A stretch of DNA of 33,618 bases from Chrysochromulina tobinii (lineage: Eukaryota), in NCBI GenBank assembly GCA_001275005.1, contig JWZX01003279.1, forward strand, positions 1 to 33,618. Direction: 5' to 3'. How positions within the stretch are numbered: position 1 is the first letter of the stretch; each line of letters opens with the position of its first letter. Of this stretch, positions 9,907 through 20,700 are shown in pieces. A model generated the notes under the pieces. The model saw nothing but the letters and a program-made list of their open reading frames with translations, was not told where the DNA came from and searched no databases. The position numbers were made by a program, and so were the translations under genes.

Positions 9907-12666
9907 ATGGAGGTGCCTCCAGCTGCAAAGGCTGAAGTGCCTGCTGAGGATGGCCAGCAACGCCTTGCGCATGAAGAGCCCGTCGAGGCTTTGCGACTGT
10001 CCAAGGCGCGCGTGGCGAAGGCAAGAGTCGATTCCAGCATCGGCGATGAGGCTGCAGGGCGAGCACGTGCTGAGCTGGCTGCAGCATCCGAAGCTCGCAG
10101 GGCGGATGAGCATCGTGAGCTTGCGCAGCGCAGCACCGATTTACGCCGGCGCACCCGACGACCCGCTCAGCGCACCGACGACGACATCGCAGATGAGGTG
10201 GCTGGCGCTGCACGCATCAGCTTCGCAGCGGCATCGAGGGCTCGGCGTGAGAAGGAGCAACGCGCACTCGCCATCAAGAACGCCGAGTACCACCGGCGTA
10301 TCCGTGAGACGAACGCACGGACCTCGAGTCTGAGAGGAACCGGCAGCAGCGGACCCACACCCGGCACCTCCTCGTCGTTCAACAACATTGATGGCTCAAC
10401 GGTGATCGCCACGCCCACAGTGATGGCGGTCATCCTGCGCGGTCAGCAGCAGGCCCTCGCAGAGGCCAGAGCTGTGGCTGCTGCTACGAGTGCTGAGCTC
10501 GCAAAACGGCGCGTCGCCGCCGAGTCGGGTCTGACGGCTGACCAGCGGCGGATGCGCCGCGCCTTCGTGGGCACGAGCCACGGCTCATCCTCGTCAAATG
10601 CGAACGCACCATCGAACGCACGGAACGAAGGTGAGGACGTTCTGGGCGTGACGAGGACGGGGCGTGACGAGGACGGTGCGGCAACGGCCGGCGACTCAGT
10701 AGAGGCGACCTCAGCGGCGAGTGCTGCGGATGCCATTGCGGCGAAGAGAGTTGAGCAGACGGCCAGCACCGAGGCAGGCACCGCGGCAGGCACCGCAGCC
10801 TCGGGGCTCCAACCCAAGTACCATGGCCGACCCTCAACGGCAGCCACGAGCAAGCTGGAATCGTCTCCCCCGGCTGCCTTCCTGAAGGGGCAGGGCGGCG
10901 GCACCGCGCCCAGAACGACGCCGCCCAGACGAGTGAGCCTACCGGTAAGCCTACCGGCCTCGGCCACGAGGAAGCCGGGCACGGACGCTCGCCACGACGC
11001 TCGCGAGCCGTCGATCAAGGACGATGATGAGTACGAGCCGACCCACATGGCCTATTTGCGCATTACCACTCTCGATCGCAATCGTCCGACGGGCGACCCT
11101 CGCGCACACCCCGCCTGGGACCGTGCCCCGTTCCGGCCGGTGCCCTACGAGCTACGCGGGATCCGGCCGCTCCGTTATATGAACGAGCCTTGGACGGAGG
11201 CGGCGCGCCATGCGTGGGATGAGCAGCCCACACAGCAGCCCACACAGCAGCCCACACAGCAGCCCACCGTCACTCCGGCCTCTTCGGGCGTGCCCGTGCC
11301 AAGCGACGACTCCAACGCCTCGAAAGCCGTCGTGATCGCGGCGGTGGTGCGGCACGCGAAGCCCACACGCACGCTGACCGCATGTGTGACGCCCTCGCGG
11401 GTGCGAGGCGCCGCGTCGCCCTACACGATGCCCTTCGCCACCGCGGGTCTCACGCGCCTCGATGGTGCCCAAGACGGCGGCCCGTCGTACCCAGGCTTGC
11501 ACGACGACATGGCGACACTGCACCGGCGGCGCCAGCTGGAGAACGAAGCGAGCGTCGCGACCGGTCTGCATGCTCAGCCGTGGGACTCGACCACGTGGCA
11601 CTCTGTCCCTACGACGCTGCGCGGTCTCAAGCCGGTGACCCGGGAGCCGTGGGCAACCTCAGACGGCGAGCTGTGCGATATGGAAGCCATCACAATCTTC
11701 CACGACTACGACAAGTTCCGCGCGGGGGACGCGAAGGAAGAAATGCCACAACTGCTTGCACTCAAGCACGCGTCGAGCAGCGCGAACGCCGTCACAGCGG
11801 CGGCGCGCTCTCGGCGACGAACCTCCGATCCGCAGCGTGGACTCCTCGGCACGACTCGCGATGCTCTGCCTCTTGAGGACTCTTCGTCCGCGCTCGTCAT
11901 ACGGGGCAAGCAACCGCCGCTTCCAACCGTGCCGGACGCCGGACGCCGCTTTCAACCGTGGCGTCCGGCGGAGGCAAGTGTCCAGATTTTCGGCCTGTCG
12001 CGCGAGGCCAAAGATGAAGCTGTTCGGAAGGCTGCCAGTGATGTGGCCGCTGATGAGGCCAGTGCCGCCACGGAGATCAAGGCAGCCGCCGAGGCGAAGG
12101 CTGCTGCCCAGGGTAAGGCAGCCGCCGAGGCGAAGGCTGCTGCCCAGGGTAAGGCCGCTGCGGAGGCGAAGGCTGCTGCCCAGGGTAAGGCCGCTGCGGA
12201 GGCGAAGGCTGCTGCCCAGGGTAAGGCACCCGCTGCGGAGGCGAAGGCTGCTGCCCAGGGTAAAGCAGCCTCTGCGGAGGCGAAGGCTTCTGCCCAGGGT
12301 AAGGCCGCTGCGGAGGCGAAGGCTGCTGCAGATGCCAGGGGTGCGGCAGCTCAGCAGGCGGAGGCGGAGGCAGTCGTGACTACTGGTACCGCAGCGGGTC
12401 GGGCGTGGGCGGCGAGGGTCGAGGCTGCAGCGGAGGAAGGTGTGGATGAGTTGGTTGTTGTCGATGAAGGCAACCTGCTGGAGCGTGAGCGGAGCAAGAT
12501 TCAGAGCAAGATCCTGGCTATGCAACAGGAAGACGTGGGGGCAGACGGACCGGCAACGGCATGGGCAACGGGGTCGTCCGAAGCGAAGCCCGCCGTCCGT
12601 CGGGCCTACGAGCACCTGATACCCGCGCTCGACCTCAGTGACAGTGCTCTTTACGCCGACGAGTAA
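9907..12666 (+). CDS. Hypothetical low-complexity protein (~920 aa) with several internal repeat types
   Basis: Long stop-free ORF from ATG 9907 (MEVPPAAK). Contains 49-aa helical repeats, QQPT repeats, a duplicated PWD..VP..LRG..P..EPW motif and AAAEAKAAAQGK repeats. No family recognised. Confidence 0.7.
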   Translation: MEVPPAAKAEVPAEDGQQRLAHEEPVEALRLSKARVAKARVDSSIGDEAAGRARAELAAASEARRADEHRELAQRSTDLRRRTRRPAQRTDDDIADEVAGAARISFAAASRARREKEQRALAIKNAEYHRRIRETNARTSSLRGTGSSGPTPGTSSSFNNIDGSTVIATPTVMAVILRGQQQALAEARAVAAATSAELAKRRVAAESGLTADQRRMRRAFVGTSHGSSSSNANAPSNARNEGEDVLGVTRTGRDEDGAATAGDSVEATSAASAADAIAAKRVEQTASTEAGTAAGTAASGLQPKYHGRPSTAATSKLESSPPAAFLKGQGGGTAPRTTPPRRVSLPVSLPASATRKPGTDARHDAREPSIKDDDEYEPTHMAYLRITTLDRNRPTGDPRAHPAWDRAPFRPVPYELRGIRPLRYMNEPWTEAARHAWDEQPTQQPTQQPTQQPTVTPASSGVPVPSDDSNASKAVVIAAVVRHAKPTRTLTACVTPSRVRGAASPYTMPFATAGLTRLDGAQDGGPSYPGLHDDMATLHRRRQLENEASVATGLHAQPWDSTTWHSVPTTLRGLKPVTREPWATSDGELCDMEAITIFHDYDKFRAGDAKEEMPQLLALKHASSSANAVTAAARSRRRTSDPQRGLLGTTRDALPLEDSSSALVIRGKQPPLPTVPDAGRRFQPWRPAEASVQIFGLSREAKDEAVRKAASDVAADEASAATEIKAAAEAKAAAQGKAAAEAKAAAQGKAAAEAKAAAQGKAAAEAKAAAQGKAPAAEAKAAAQGKAASAEAKASAQGKAAAEAKAAADARGAAAQQAEAEAVVTTGTAAGRAWAARVEAAAEEGVDELVVVDEGNLLERERSKIQSKILAMQQEDVGADGPATAWATGSSEAKPAVRRAYEHLIPALDLSDSALYADE
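12082..12330 (+). repeat. Coding minisatellite, ~36-bp unit (AAAEAKAAAQGK), ~7 copies
   Basis: Repeated gcggaggcgaaggctgctgcccagggtaaggccgct units seen directly. Confidence 0.9.
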
Positions 12667-13107
12667 CATCCAATGAAACGCCGGAGGAAGTGCCATGTGC
12701 GGCTGGCGGAGTGTGACGCATGTGCGGTGTGTATCCCAATTCCAATGGCGCTTGTGCGGCGTGCATCCGTATCGGACGGCAACATGAACATCACGCGACC
12801 GGTCGATCGGATCAGACGCCGTGCATGCAGGTTGCAGCCCCGTTTCCGTTAAGCGTTATGATTGGTGATGGTGTCGTGTGTGGAAAAGGAAAATTACACT
12901 TCTCACACTCATAGCGTGCGAGGCGCGGCGCCAACGCACCACCGACCCGCTTCTCTGCGTACCATTCGATTCTCTGTGAACATGCATGCATGCATGGCCG
13001 CGCGCGCCCGCCCGTGCCGCACCTTGCCAGCCGCCGTCGTGCGCCGCGCGAGCTCTGCCCTCGGCCCAACACACGGGCTAGTACCTTGCCTTCGGGATGC
13101 CTCTCTA

Positions 13108-14082
13108 TCACGCGGATGGGAAGCCGAAGATGCGAAGCGAGCCATCATCTCGGCCTACACGGTCTTTGTCGTCGGCAGCGTAGGCTAGCAGCAGCCGTGA
13201 CGGGTGCCATGCGACCGAGTTCATCGCTGCGGAGCACGATAACTTATGCACCTGTTCACCGGTCGACACGTCGGCAATGTCGACGTACAGGTCCTCTGAG
13301 CCCGAAGCGAGGAAGCGGCTATCGCAAGAGAAGCTGAGCGTGCGCACAGGCCACTCGAAGCGCGTGCATGTGCGCAAGCAGACGAGCTCGTGCACGTCCC
13401 AGATGGTGACCATCGCGTCCGCACCCCCCACGGCAAGGTACTCGCCCTTGGGGGAGAAGTCGATGCAATAGCAGTTGGCCGTGTGTGCCTGCAGCGAATG
13501 GACGGGCTGCGCCTGCTCCTGCGCGAGCATGTCCGCGTACCGGAAGATCTCGACGCTGCCCGAGCCCGTCGTGAGGAAGAAGAACTTGCCGCCGCTCGTG
13601 GGCTCCCACGCCATCTCGTTCACCTCCGACTGGAACTTGATGTTCTTGAGCGCCTTGCACTTGCGCATCTCGATGATGGCGATGTTGTCGTCCTTGTCGC
13701 CGACGGCCACGTGCTGCCCGTCAGGGCTCCATCGGATGTTGATGTTCTCGCCGCGCGTCTCGATGGCGTGCACCTGCTTGTTCGTGCGTGTATCCCAGAT
13801 GCGCACTGTCCGGTCGCCCGATGCGGTGCCGAGCACCTCGGGATTGAGCGGGTCCCACCGCAGCTGATCGACCGAATCCTGGTGCCCCGTCAACTCGGTG
13901 TGTGTCGCCGAGCCGGTCTCGTGCAGCGACCACACGCGCACACTTTGGTCGACTGAGCCCGAGGCAAGCTTCTGGCCGCCGCACGACCAGGCGACCGAGT
14001 GAACTTTCCGTTTGTGCGCGACGTACTCCTTGGTGCCGAGGGTCGTCCACGATGGAGTCGCGGAAATCGACGTCGCGGTCAT
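13108..14082 (-). CDS. THOC3: THO complex subunit 3 (THOC3/TEX1), WD40 protein
   Basis: HKRKVHSVAWSCGGQKLASGSVDQ, GHQDSVDQLRWDP, GENINIRWSPDG, EVNEMAW, AHTANCYCIDFSPKG, WPVRTLSFS, SVAWHPSRLLLAYA: the THOC3 pattern. ATG at 14082. Confidence 0.93.
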   Translation of the reverse strand: MTATSISATPSWTTLGTKEYVAHKRKVHSVAWSCGGQKLASGSVDQSVRVWSLHETGSATHTELTGHQDSVDQLRWDPLNPEVLGTASGDRTVRIWDTRTNKQVHAIETRGENINIRWSPDGQHVAVGDKDDNIAIIEMRKCKALKNIKFQSEVNEMAWEPTSGGKFFFLTTGSGSVEIFRYADMLAQEQAQPVHSLQAHTANCYCIDFSPKGEYLAVGGADAMVTIWDVHELVCLRTCTRFEWPVRTLSFSCDSRFLASGSEDLYVDIADVSTGEQVHKLSCSAAMNSVAWHPSRLLLAYAADDKDRVGRDDGSLRIFGFPSA

Positions 14083-14259
14083 CGATTTGTGCTTCACGGA
14101 TGAGAGAAGAGTCGTGTGAAATGACTCTCGATTCCCGGATGACTCTCTGGTAGGGCAAGCAGGATTGTAGATGTTGTGGAGGGGCGTGGGCATACACGAC
14201 ACACGCTCGATGACATGGCTCCTGAAAGCCCTATTGAAAGCCCCGGGGCCTCACAACTG

Positions 14260-15156
14260 TCACAACCCTGCGGCATTCACTATGTCGCCGCTCTCATCTT
14301 CGGAGTAGCGCTGCTCATCGTCGACCTCCGCCCGTCGCGCCTTGGGATCCGTGATCATGTTGATGCTCACCAGCCGGACGCGATAGTCGAGCGGTGCGTC
14401 GGGCGGGACGCCAAACACCTTGCTCCCGCGAGTCCCAAAACCCAGCCGCGACGGCACGAGCAGCAACCGCTCCTCGCCGATGCACATCTCGAGAGTGCCG
14501 AGATCGAGCCCGCGGACGACGTCGCCGTTGCCAAGCGTGAAGGCAAACGGCCGGCCGGAGCGCATCTCGCTCGAGTCGAATTCGAGACCGCTGGACGCCA
14601 GCCGGCCTGAAAATTCGATCTCGACCACGTCGCTGGCGCGCGTCTTGAAGGCGCACTTTGGGTCCTGAGGCCCTGTGAGCAGCTCGATCTTCAACTTCTG
14701 CGTCTCCATGCCGAGTGCGGTCGCGGCCGCCTCCGTCTGCTGCCGAGCGGACAGCGCGCGAAACTCTGACGCGTCCACGCGAATCGTCACCGGCCGTGGC
14801 GCGGACTGAATCAACGCCTGCACCTGGGCGGCTGAGAGCCCTGCAGTGCTCCGCCCGTCGACGTTCACGATGTACGATGCCGGTGGCATTCCCTTTGCCA
14901 GCGCGACACTATCTGGCCGCACGCTGCTAATGCGCACGCGAGGTCCTGCATCTGAGAGCTCCAGCCCGAGTCGCTGCTCGGCAAACGTGTAGCTTTCAAG
15001 GGTTGGGTCCAGCGTGGATGCTGCTTTCGCTTTCGCCGCAGGCACCAGCTGCGCCGCGGCCAATAGCACGCAACTGCGTCTCGAAGTCAAATGAGCTCGG
15101 GCGTTCGCGTTTGCGACGGCGATCGACACGATCACTATGTAGACCGATATCCGCAT
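14260..15156 (-). CDS. FKBP-type peptidyl-prolyl isomerase with N-terminal PDZ domain, probably thylakoid lumen
   Basis: Signal peptide, then SRRSCVLL...AKAKA. PDZ-like LGLELSDAGPRVRISSVRPDS...IVNVDGRST...PRPVTI. FKBP EFDSS...PFAFTLGNGDVVRGLDLGTLEMCIGEERLLLVPSRLGFG...VPPDAPLDYRVRLV. Confidence 0.88.
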   Translation of the reverse strand: MRISVYIVIVSIAVANANARAHLTSRRSCVLLAAAQLVPAAKAKAASTLDPTLESYTFAEQRLGLELSDAGPRVRISSVRPDSVALAKGMPPASYIVNVDGRSTAGLSAAQVQALIQSAPRPVTIRVDASEFRALSARQQTEAAATALGMETQKLKIELLTGPQDPKCAFKTRASDVVEIEFSGRLASSGLEFDSSEMRSGRPFAFTLGNGDVVRGLDLGTLEMCIGEERLLLVPSRLGFGTRGSKVFGVPPDAPLDYRVRLVSINMITDPKARRAEVDDEQRYSEDESGDIVNAAGL

Positions 15157-15537
15157 TTCAAAACATGTGCATCTGTTTGCATTCACACCAACACGTAACA
15201 CGGCTGAAGCTGCGAAGAACCCACGAAATGAGACATATGCGGGCGGAGAGCGGAGAAACAGCCCCCCAAAAGAGAGCGTGTTATATTCCTAGCAGGATTT
15301 GCCCAACTTTTGCGCCGCTCCAACCAGGGAGGTCACTCTTGCACGCAAGGGTCTGTACGGTGTGCGCAACCTCGCACGCACAAGAGCGCTCGGTGGTTAC
15401 ATGAACGAGCTCAGCCGCCCCTTGCTTTTTGCCGAGCGTGTTTGAAACTCGAAATCTATTCACAAGCAACCCCTGGAAGGGAAAAGACAACGGCCCTCGT
15501 GTTGCCGCGGCGGGCGGCCGGCGGCGCGCGCGCGACG

Positions 15538-16773
15538 ATGTTCGTTACGTCTATCCTTGCTGTGCATGCACAGGCGCAGTCTGCTCGCGACGATTCGTGC
15601 GACTCGGCATCGCCAGAAGATCCTCGACGCGGCGTGTTTTTCGCCACGGACGCTTTTCCCGGCACCCCAGGCCAGTTTGCGAACCGACAGTCCTCTCCGC
15701 CCGCACTAGAGGAGATAGTGGCACGGTGGCGAACGCCGTACGATGCGGCAGCAGGCCCACTCACCGCGGAGCAGCACGCGCAATTCTTCGACGAAGGCTT
15801 TCTCATTCTGCCGAGCCTGCTGCCAGCCGATGTCGTGGCTGCAGCCATTGACTCTGTTGAGGGGCTCGTGGATGGTCTCGCTCGAAAGCTGCACAGTGCC
15901 GGGGCCATTTCGTCCACGCACGCAGACGCAGACTTCCACACGCGCCTGGCGCGAGTCGAGCGCGAGTACCCGCACGCCAGCGTGCTCCTGCACAAGGGTG
16001 GCGTCTTGCCCGAAGGCATCCAGCGCGTGTGGGGGCACAACCTCCTCATGGGCATCGCTCAGCAGCTCCTGGGCTCAGATGTGGACATTGCGGGGCACCC
16101 CGTGTGGAATCTGCGCTGCAAGACGCCCGAGGTGCTGAGCGCCGGCCAGGCCACCGTGCCATGGCATCAGGACAATGCTTATCTCGATGAGGAGTCTTGG
16201 GACGTGCTCCAACTGACCGCATGGATTCCCTTGGTCGACACGAACGCCACTAATGGGTGCATGCAGGTGGTGCGTGGTGGGCACCGGCGCGGCGGCACGG
16301 CCACCCATGCGTGCTGCGTCGGCAACACCTGGTACATCGAGACGACCCCTGAGGAGCTCGAATCCACACTCATGGTCGATATGCGCACAGATGTAGTCAC
16401 CTGCGCCGTGCCTCGGGGCGGAGTGCTCCTTCTCAATAATTTGATCCCACACCGCTCCCTGCCAAACCAGTCGCCGGGCATCCGCTGGAGCCTCGACTTG
16501 CGATGGCAGAGGGCGGACCAGCCCAACGGGTTTGATGGACTCAAGGCTTCAGTGCTCATGAAGAAGGCTGGCGAGCCCTACAGTGGCTCTGTGGCATGGG
16601 GCAATTGGGCGCAGCAGGACCGAACGCAGCTTCAGGCCGCGGCGCACGCCAAGGCCTCAGAGGAGCAGGCTGAGAAGGTCGACGGTCCTACCTTTGACAC
16701 GACCATAGCCGGCCCGTGGATGAAGAAGTGGCCTCTGGTGCATTCGAACCGACACACGGCCACGTTGGCATGA
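15538..16773 (+). CDS. PhyH-family Fe(II)/2-oxoglutarate dioxygenase
   Basis: LTAEQHAQFFDEGFLIL, facial-triad PWHQD, LTAWIPLVD...NGCMQVVRGGH, distal IPHRS and RWSLDLR. ATG at 15538. Confidence 0.92.
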   Translation: MFVTSILAVHAQAQSARDDSCDSASPEDPRRGVFFATDAFPGTPGQFANRQSSPPALEEIVARWRTPYDAAAGPLTAEQHAQFFDEGFLILPSLLPADVVAAAIDSVEGLVDGLARKLHSAGAISSTHADADFHTRLARVEREYPHASVLLHKGGVLPEGIQRVWGHNLLMGIAQQLLGSDVDIAGHPVWNLRCKTPEVLSAGQATVPWHQDNAYLDEESWDVLQLTAWIPLVDTNATNGCMQVVRGGHRRGGTATHACCVGNTWYIETTPEELESTLMVDMRTDVVTCAVPRGGVLLLNNLIPHRSLPNQSPGIRWSLDLRWQRADQPNGFDGLKASVLMKKAGEPYSGSVAWGNWAQQDRTQLQAAAHAKASEEQAEKVDGPTFDTTIAGPWMKKWPLVHSNRHTATLA

Positions 16774-17798
16774 ACCTGATCATGGGCACATGATTCGATT
16801 CTGTGTGGTTGAAGCCGCATGAAGCCGTGTATTGTGCCCTCGACGTTTCGAACCTCGTCAAATCAACGTGAGTTTCGTCATCGGCGCAACTGAACGGTCG
16901 ATCTGGCCGTGACGAGCGAGCGAGCGAGCGAAGAAAGATGCCGATCGGACGGAGGGACATGATTGCCGCCAAGGAGTCAGAATCATGGACGACACCATCG
17001 TGGAAGGTATGCGAAGAACTCACAACCGCCGATGCACCGTCGCCCGGCGGGGAATCGCCGCCGCCACCGCCTCCACGGCGGCGGCTTCTGCCACGAGAAG
17101 GAGATGCAAGGTTTTGCCAGACACCGCCAACGAACCAGCAGGAGAAATTGCCGTACCACGTGGGCTCGCCGAGTTCCATCATCAGCACGCCCACATGGCC
17201 CTCGAAAGCGCCCCTTCCGCAAGCCATCAATTCTCGATGGCTGATCGTGACCGAGGAACATCGCATGAACGCTCTCGAAGAGCGTTCTTCGCTTGCGTTT
17301 GGTACGCCTCTCTGCCGCGCACGCTTGCCATCAGCCCCTCCCTTTGCCGTGAGTGACGCTCTCACCACCGTTATCTGTTCCGTGCTTGTCCAGGGTGTGT
17401 CTTCTGGACAATTGCTGGCGCACTCATAATGTTCTTGTGCTGAGATCTCACAAGAGTTTTGCGCAATTGTGTGCATCCGCCATCCGAGAAGTGTGGACTG
17501 TGTGGACGCTGTGTGAGTACTGTGCGGGACCACGTACGCTTAATCACGGCCGGCCAATCCCAGCGACCAGCGACCCTGTGTGGGCGCAAGTGGGCCGACG
17601 TGAATCGTGATCGAACAGGCAACAGGAACCGACCGGAACACGAAGGCTGCAACTACTGTTGTTTGAGTACATTGTCATGCGCACTAACCACAATCAAAAT
17701 CTACTACTGAACTGAGAAGCACTGGAGGGCCCCAACTACTACTAGCATGGTTCCTATAAGCATCCACCGTCACGTGGGTGCTTACCTGCTTTGATCTC

Positions 17799-20700
17799 TC
17801 AGACCATGGCCTTCGGGCCGGCGCCCTTCTTGGCAGGCGTCGCCTTTGGCGGTGCCGGCTTAGCTGGCGTGGGCACCGCCTTGGCGCTTGGCTTGGCGCC
17901 CGCCTTGGCGCCCGCCTTGGCCACCGCCGCGGGCTTGCCGCCACCCGCCACGCGGCTCTTGAGCCACTCGATGCAGCTTGTGAAGGCGGTGGCACAGCCT
18001 GGAGGGCACAGGCGGAGGCTGCTCAGCGGCGCTGATGGCGCTGGTGGCGCGCCAGTGCCCTTGGCACCCTTGGCATCGGCCTTGGCGCCACTGGTTGTCG
18101 CCGCCGGCGCCACCTTGGCAGCTGCCGATACGGCGCTCGAGGACTCGCTGGCGCTCGGGATGGCGCTCGCGAACGTGACCATCGGCACCAACGGCCGACC
18201 TCCAACCGCCAATGATCATCTGCAACGCCCGTAGCGCGGCGCACATGAGCAGCGTGGCCGCACATCCCGTAGCCAGTAGTTCTGGAAGCGGGGCAGCCAT
18301 CGCCACGGTACCGGTAAGGGTACCGTTCCCCGCTGGCCCAGCCCCGTGTTCGGAGGCGCCAGGCAGCTGGCCGGTCAGCTGACCGAGCGGCTGACCGAGC
18401 GGCTGACCGAGCGGCACGCCCCAGGCGGCAAGGTAGGCGGCGAGGAGGCACTCGACAGCGGCGAGCGCGGACCAATCAGCGAGCCTCACCGAATCACCAA
18501 GCCACGGAGTGCCATTCGCGCCGCTGCCGTCGCTGCGCGGAGCTGTGAGCGGCAGCAGCGGTCGCGACTGCCGCTGCTGCTGCTGCTGTTGCTGCTGCTG
18601 CGCGCGGCGGCTCCCAAGCAGAGCGCGCGCGATGAGCTGCCGAGCTAGCGTGACGAGCAGCCCGCACGCAGCCATCGCCATCGCCACGTGCAGCGGCCAG
18701 AGCGCTGTGAGCGTCAGCAGCGCCGCCGCCGTCGAGGGCGCCGCCGAGGGCGCCGCCGAGGGCGCCGCCGAGGGCGCCGAGACGAGCAGCGGAGCTCCAA
18801 ATCCGATAAGGGAACCGGAGAGCACGCCCACGCTGACGAACCCGCCGACGAGCGCGAGCATCGAGGCGGCATCGGCGAACGCGTGGCCCGTCGGCGGCAA
18901 TATGAGCTTGCGCACCGCGCCGGTCGACGCAGCCGCCGAGGCCCCCGCGGCATTGGAGGTCGCGCCCACGACGGCGCCCTCCTCTGTGTCGAAGGCAGTG
19001 CTCGTGAGGAGCGCCTCGGGCAGCTGATCGAGTGAGAGACGTGCGTGCGAGTAGGCCCACGGTGCAGCAGTCTCAACGAGCGCGAGCAGATCCCGCACGG
19101 CCGCGTCGCGCACTGCGATCGGATCCGCTGGCTTGGTGCCGCTGGCTTGGCGGGCTACCGCCGCCGGCCCACTCACCTTGGCACCGCCCTTGGCTCCCTT
19201 GGTGGACTCTTGCGAGCGGCATGAGGCCTTGGAGGTATCGGCGGCGACCGCTGCGGCGGCCGGCGCGGCGATCGGCGCCTCAAGGGACATGCCACCGTAA
19301 ATGGCCGCGGCCGCCTCTTCGTCCTCCGCCGCCGCAAACTCATCCAGTGCTTCGTCACTCGGGTCGGCGGAGGCGAGCGCGGGGGTGTACGGGGCGACGG
19401 GCTGCGGCCGCCCGAGAATGAACGGTGCGCCACCGGGCGTCGTGAGCCCACCGTTGCGCCCGCCGTTGCGCTCCTCGGCCTCCGCCTGCCGCCGGATCAC
19501 CCTCTGCAGCTCCTTGTACTCGATGGCACCGCCGCCGTCGCGGTCAAACGACTCGAAGAGCTTATCGACCTCAACATTGGGCACATCGTACCCGAGCAGG
19601 GCGACCGCCTTACGCAGCTCCGGCTTGCGCACCGTGCCGTCACCGTCCACATCCCACTGGCGGAAGAGGTCGAGCACTTTGGCGTGGTTCGCCGCGAGCG
19701 CGAGCCGTATCTCCTGCTGGACGCTGTTGACGCCCCCCACTGCCTGGGCTGCATCGAAGGAGTTCGTGTAGCTGCTCGCCTCGCCGCCCGCGCCGACGGC
19801 ACTGGCACGTGCGTAGGCGCCACCCGCGCCGGCGCGTTTCGGAGCAGCAATCAGGCCGGTCTCTGCCTGCACCGTCGCCACCGCACGCTCCGCCACCGCC
19901 GAGAGCGAGCCAGCCCCTAGGTCCACACTCGCCCGAGACATGTCGGCACTCGCCCGGCCGTTTGCTCGGCGGTCGGGCGACGGTCCGCCTCCGCCCCGTT
20001 TGTCGGCCATGGCGACGCTACCGCCGACGCGCCCAGCGAGCGCGAGCGGCGCACCGGGTGCCCCCTGGGTCACACCCTGGGTCAATCCCTGGGTCAGGGG
20101 CTGCCGCTCAGAGCGCACAGGCATGGGAGTCCAGCCCGTGGGCGCGTACGAGGGCAGCGAGGGCGTTGGCACGATCTCACCGAAGCCATACTGCGCCGCC
20201 AGGGCCTTATGCTCCGGGTCCATGCGGAGCGAATCCGCATCCACAGTATACTCCTCCGGGAGGGGCACACGGAGTGACGGAAGCGACGGCATCGAGCACT
20301 CAGACTGCCTCCGGATACGCGTGATCTTCGAGCGCTTGGGGCCGTCGCGGTTCATGCTGCGGCCCACGTCAGTGGCCGTCGACTCCATCAGCGTGCCATC
20401 GCCCGCATCGCCAGCGGCCGCGCCCACGCTCACGCCGCGCACCGCCCCCCCATCGGACGCGCGCGTCTTCCGCAGCTCGCGCAGGTCGACTCCGCCGTGC
20501 GATCCGGGCTGCGAGAGGTCGAGCGCCGCCGACGAGTAGCCCGCGGGCATCTCGAGAGCCTCGACGTGACCTGAGAGGGCTCTCATCTCCTCCGAGATCT
20601 GCATCTCCTCCGACGTCTGCATCTCCTCCGAGATCTGCATCTCCTCCGACGTCTGCATGCCGCCACCGGCCGCCCCGGCCGCCGCGTCGCCCGCACCCCC

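Noticed and set aside
12082..12330. AAAEAKAAAQGK repeats as bacterial TolA or horizontal transfer
   Set aside because: Compositional similarity only; no TolA TM or C-terminal domain, and the repeats are embedded in a eukaryotic orphan ORF.
16688..17533. 281-aa minus-strand ORF between the PhyH and EF-hand genes
   Set aside because: No recognisable domain, no clear start, and it overlaps the PhyH 3' end. It could be a degenerate or orphan gene but cannot be supported.
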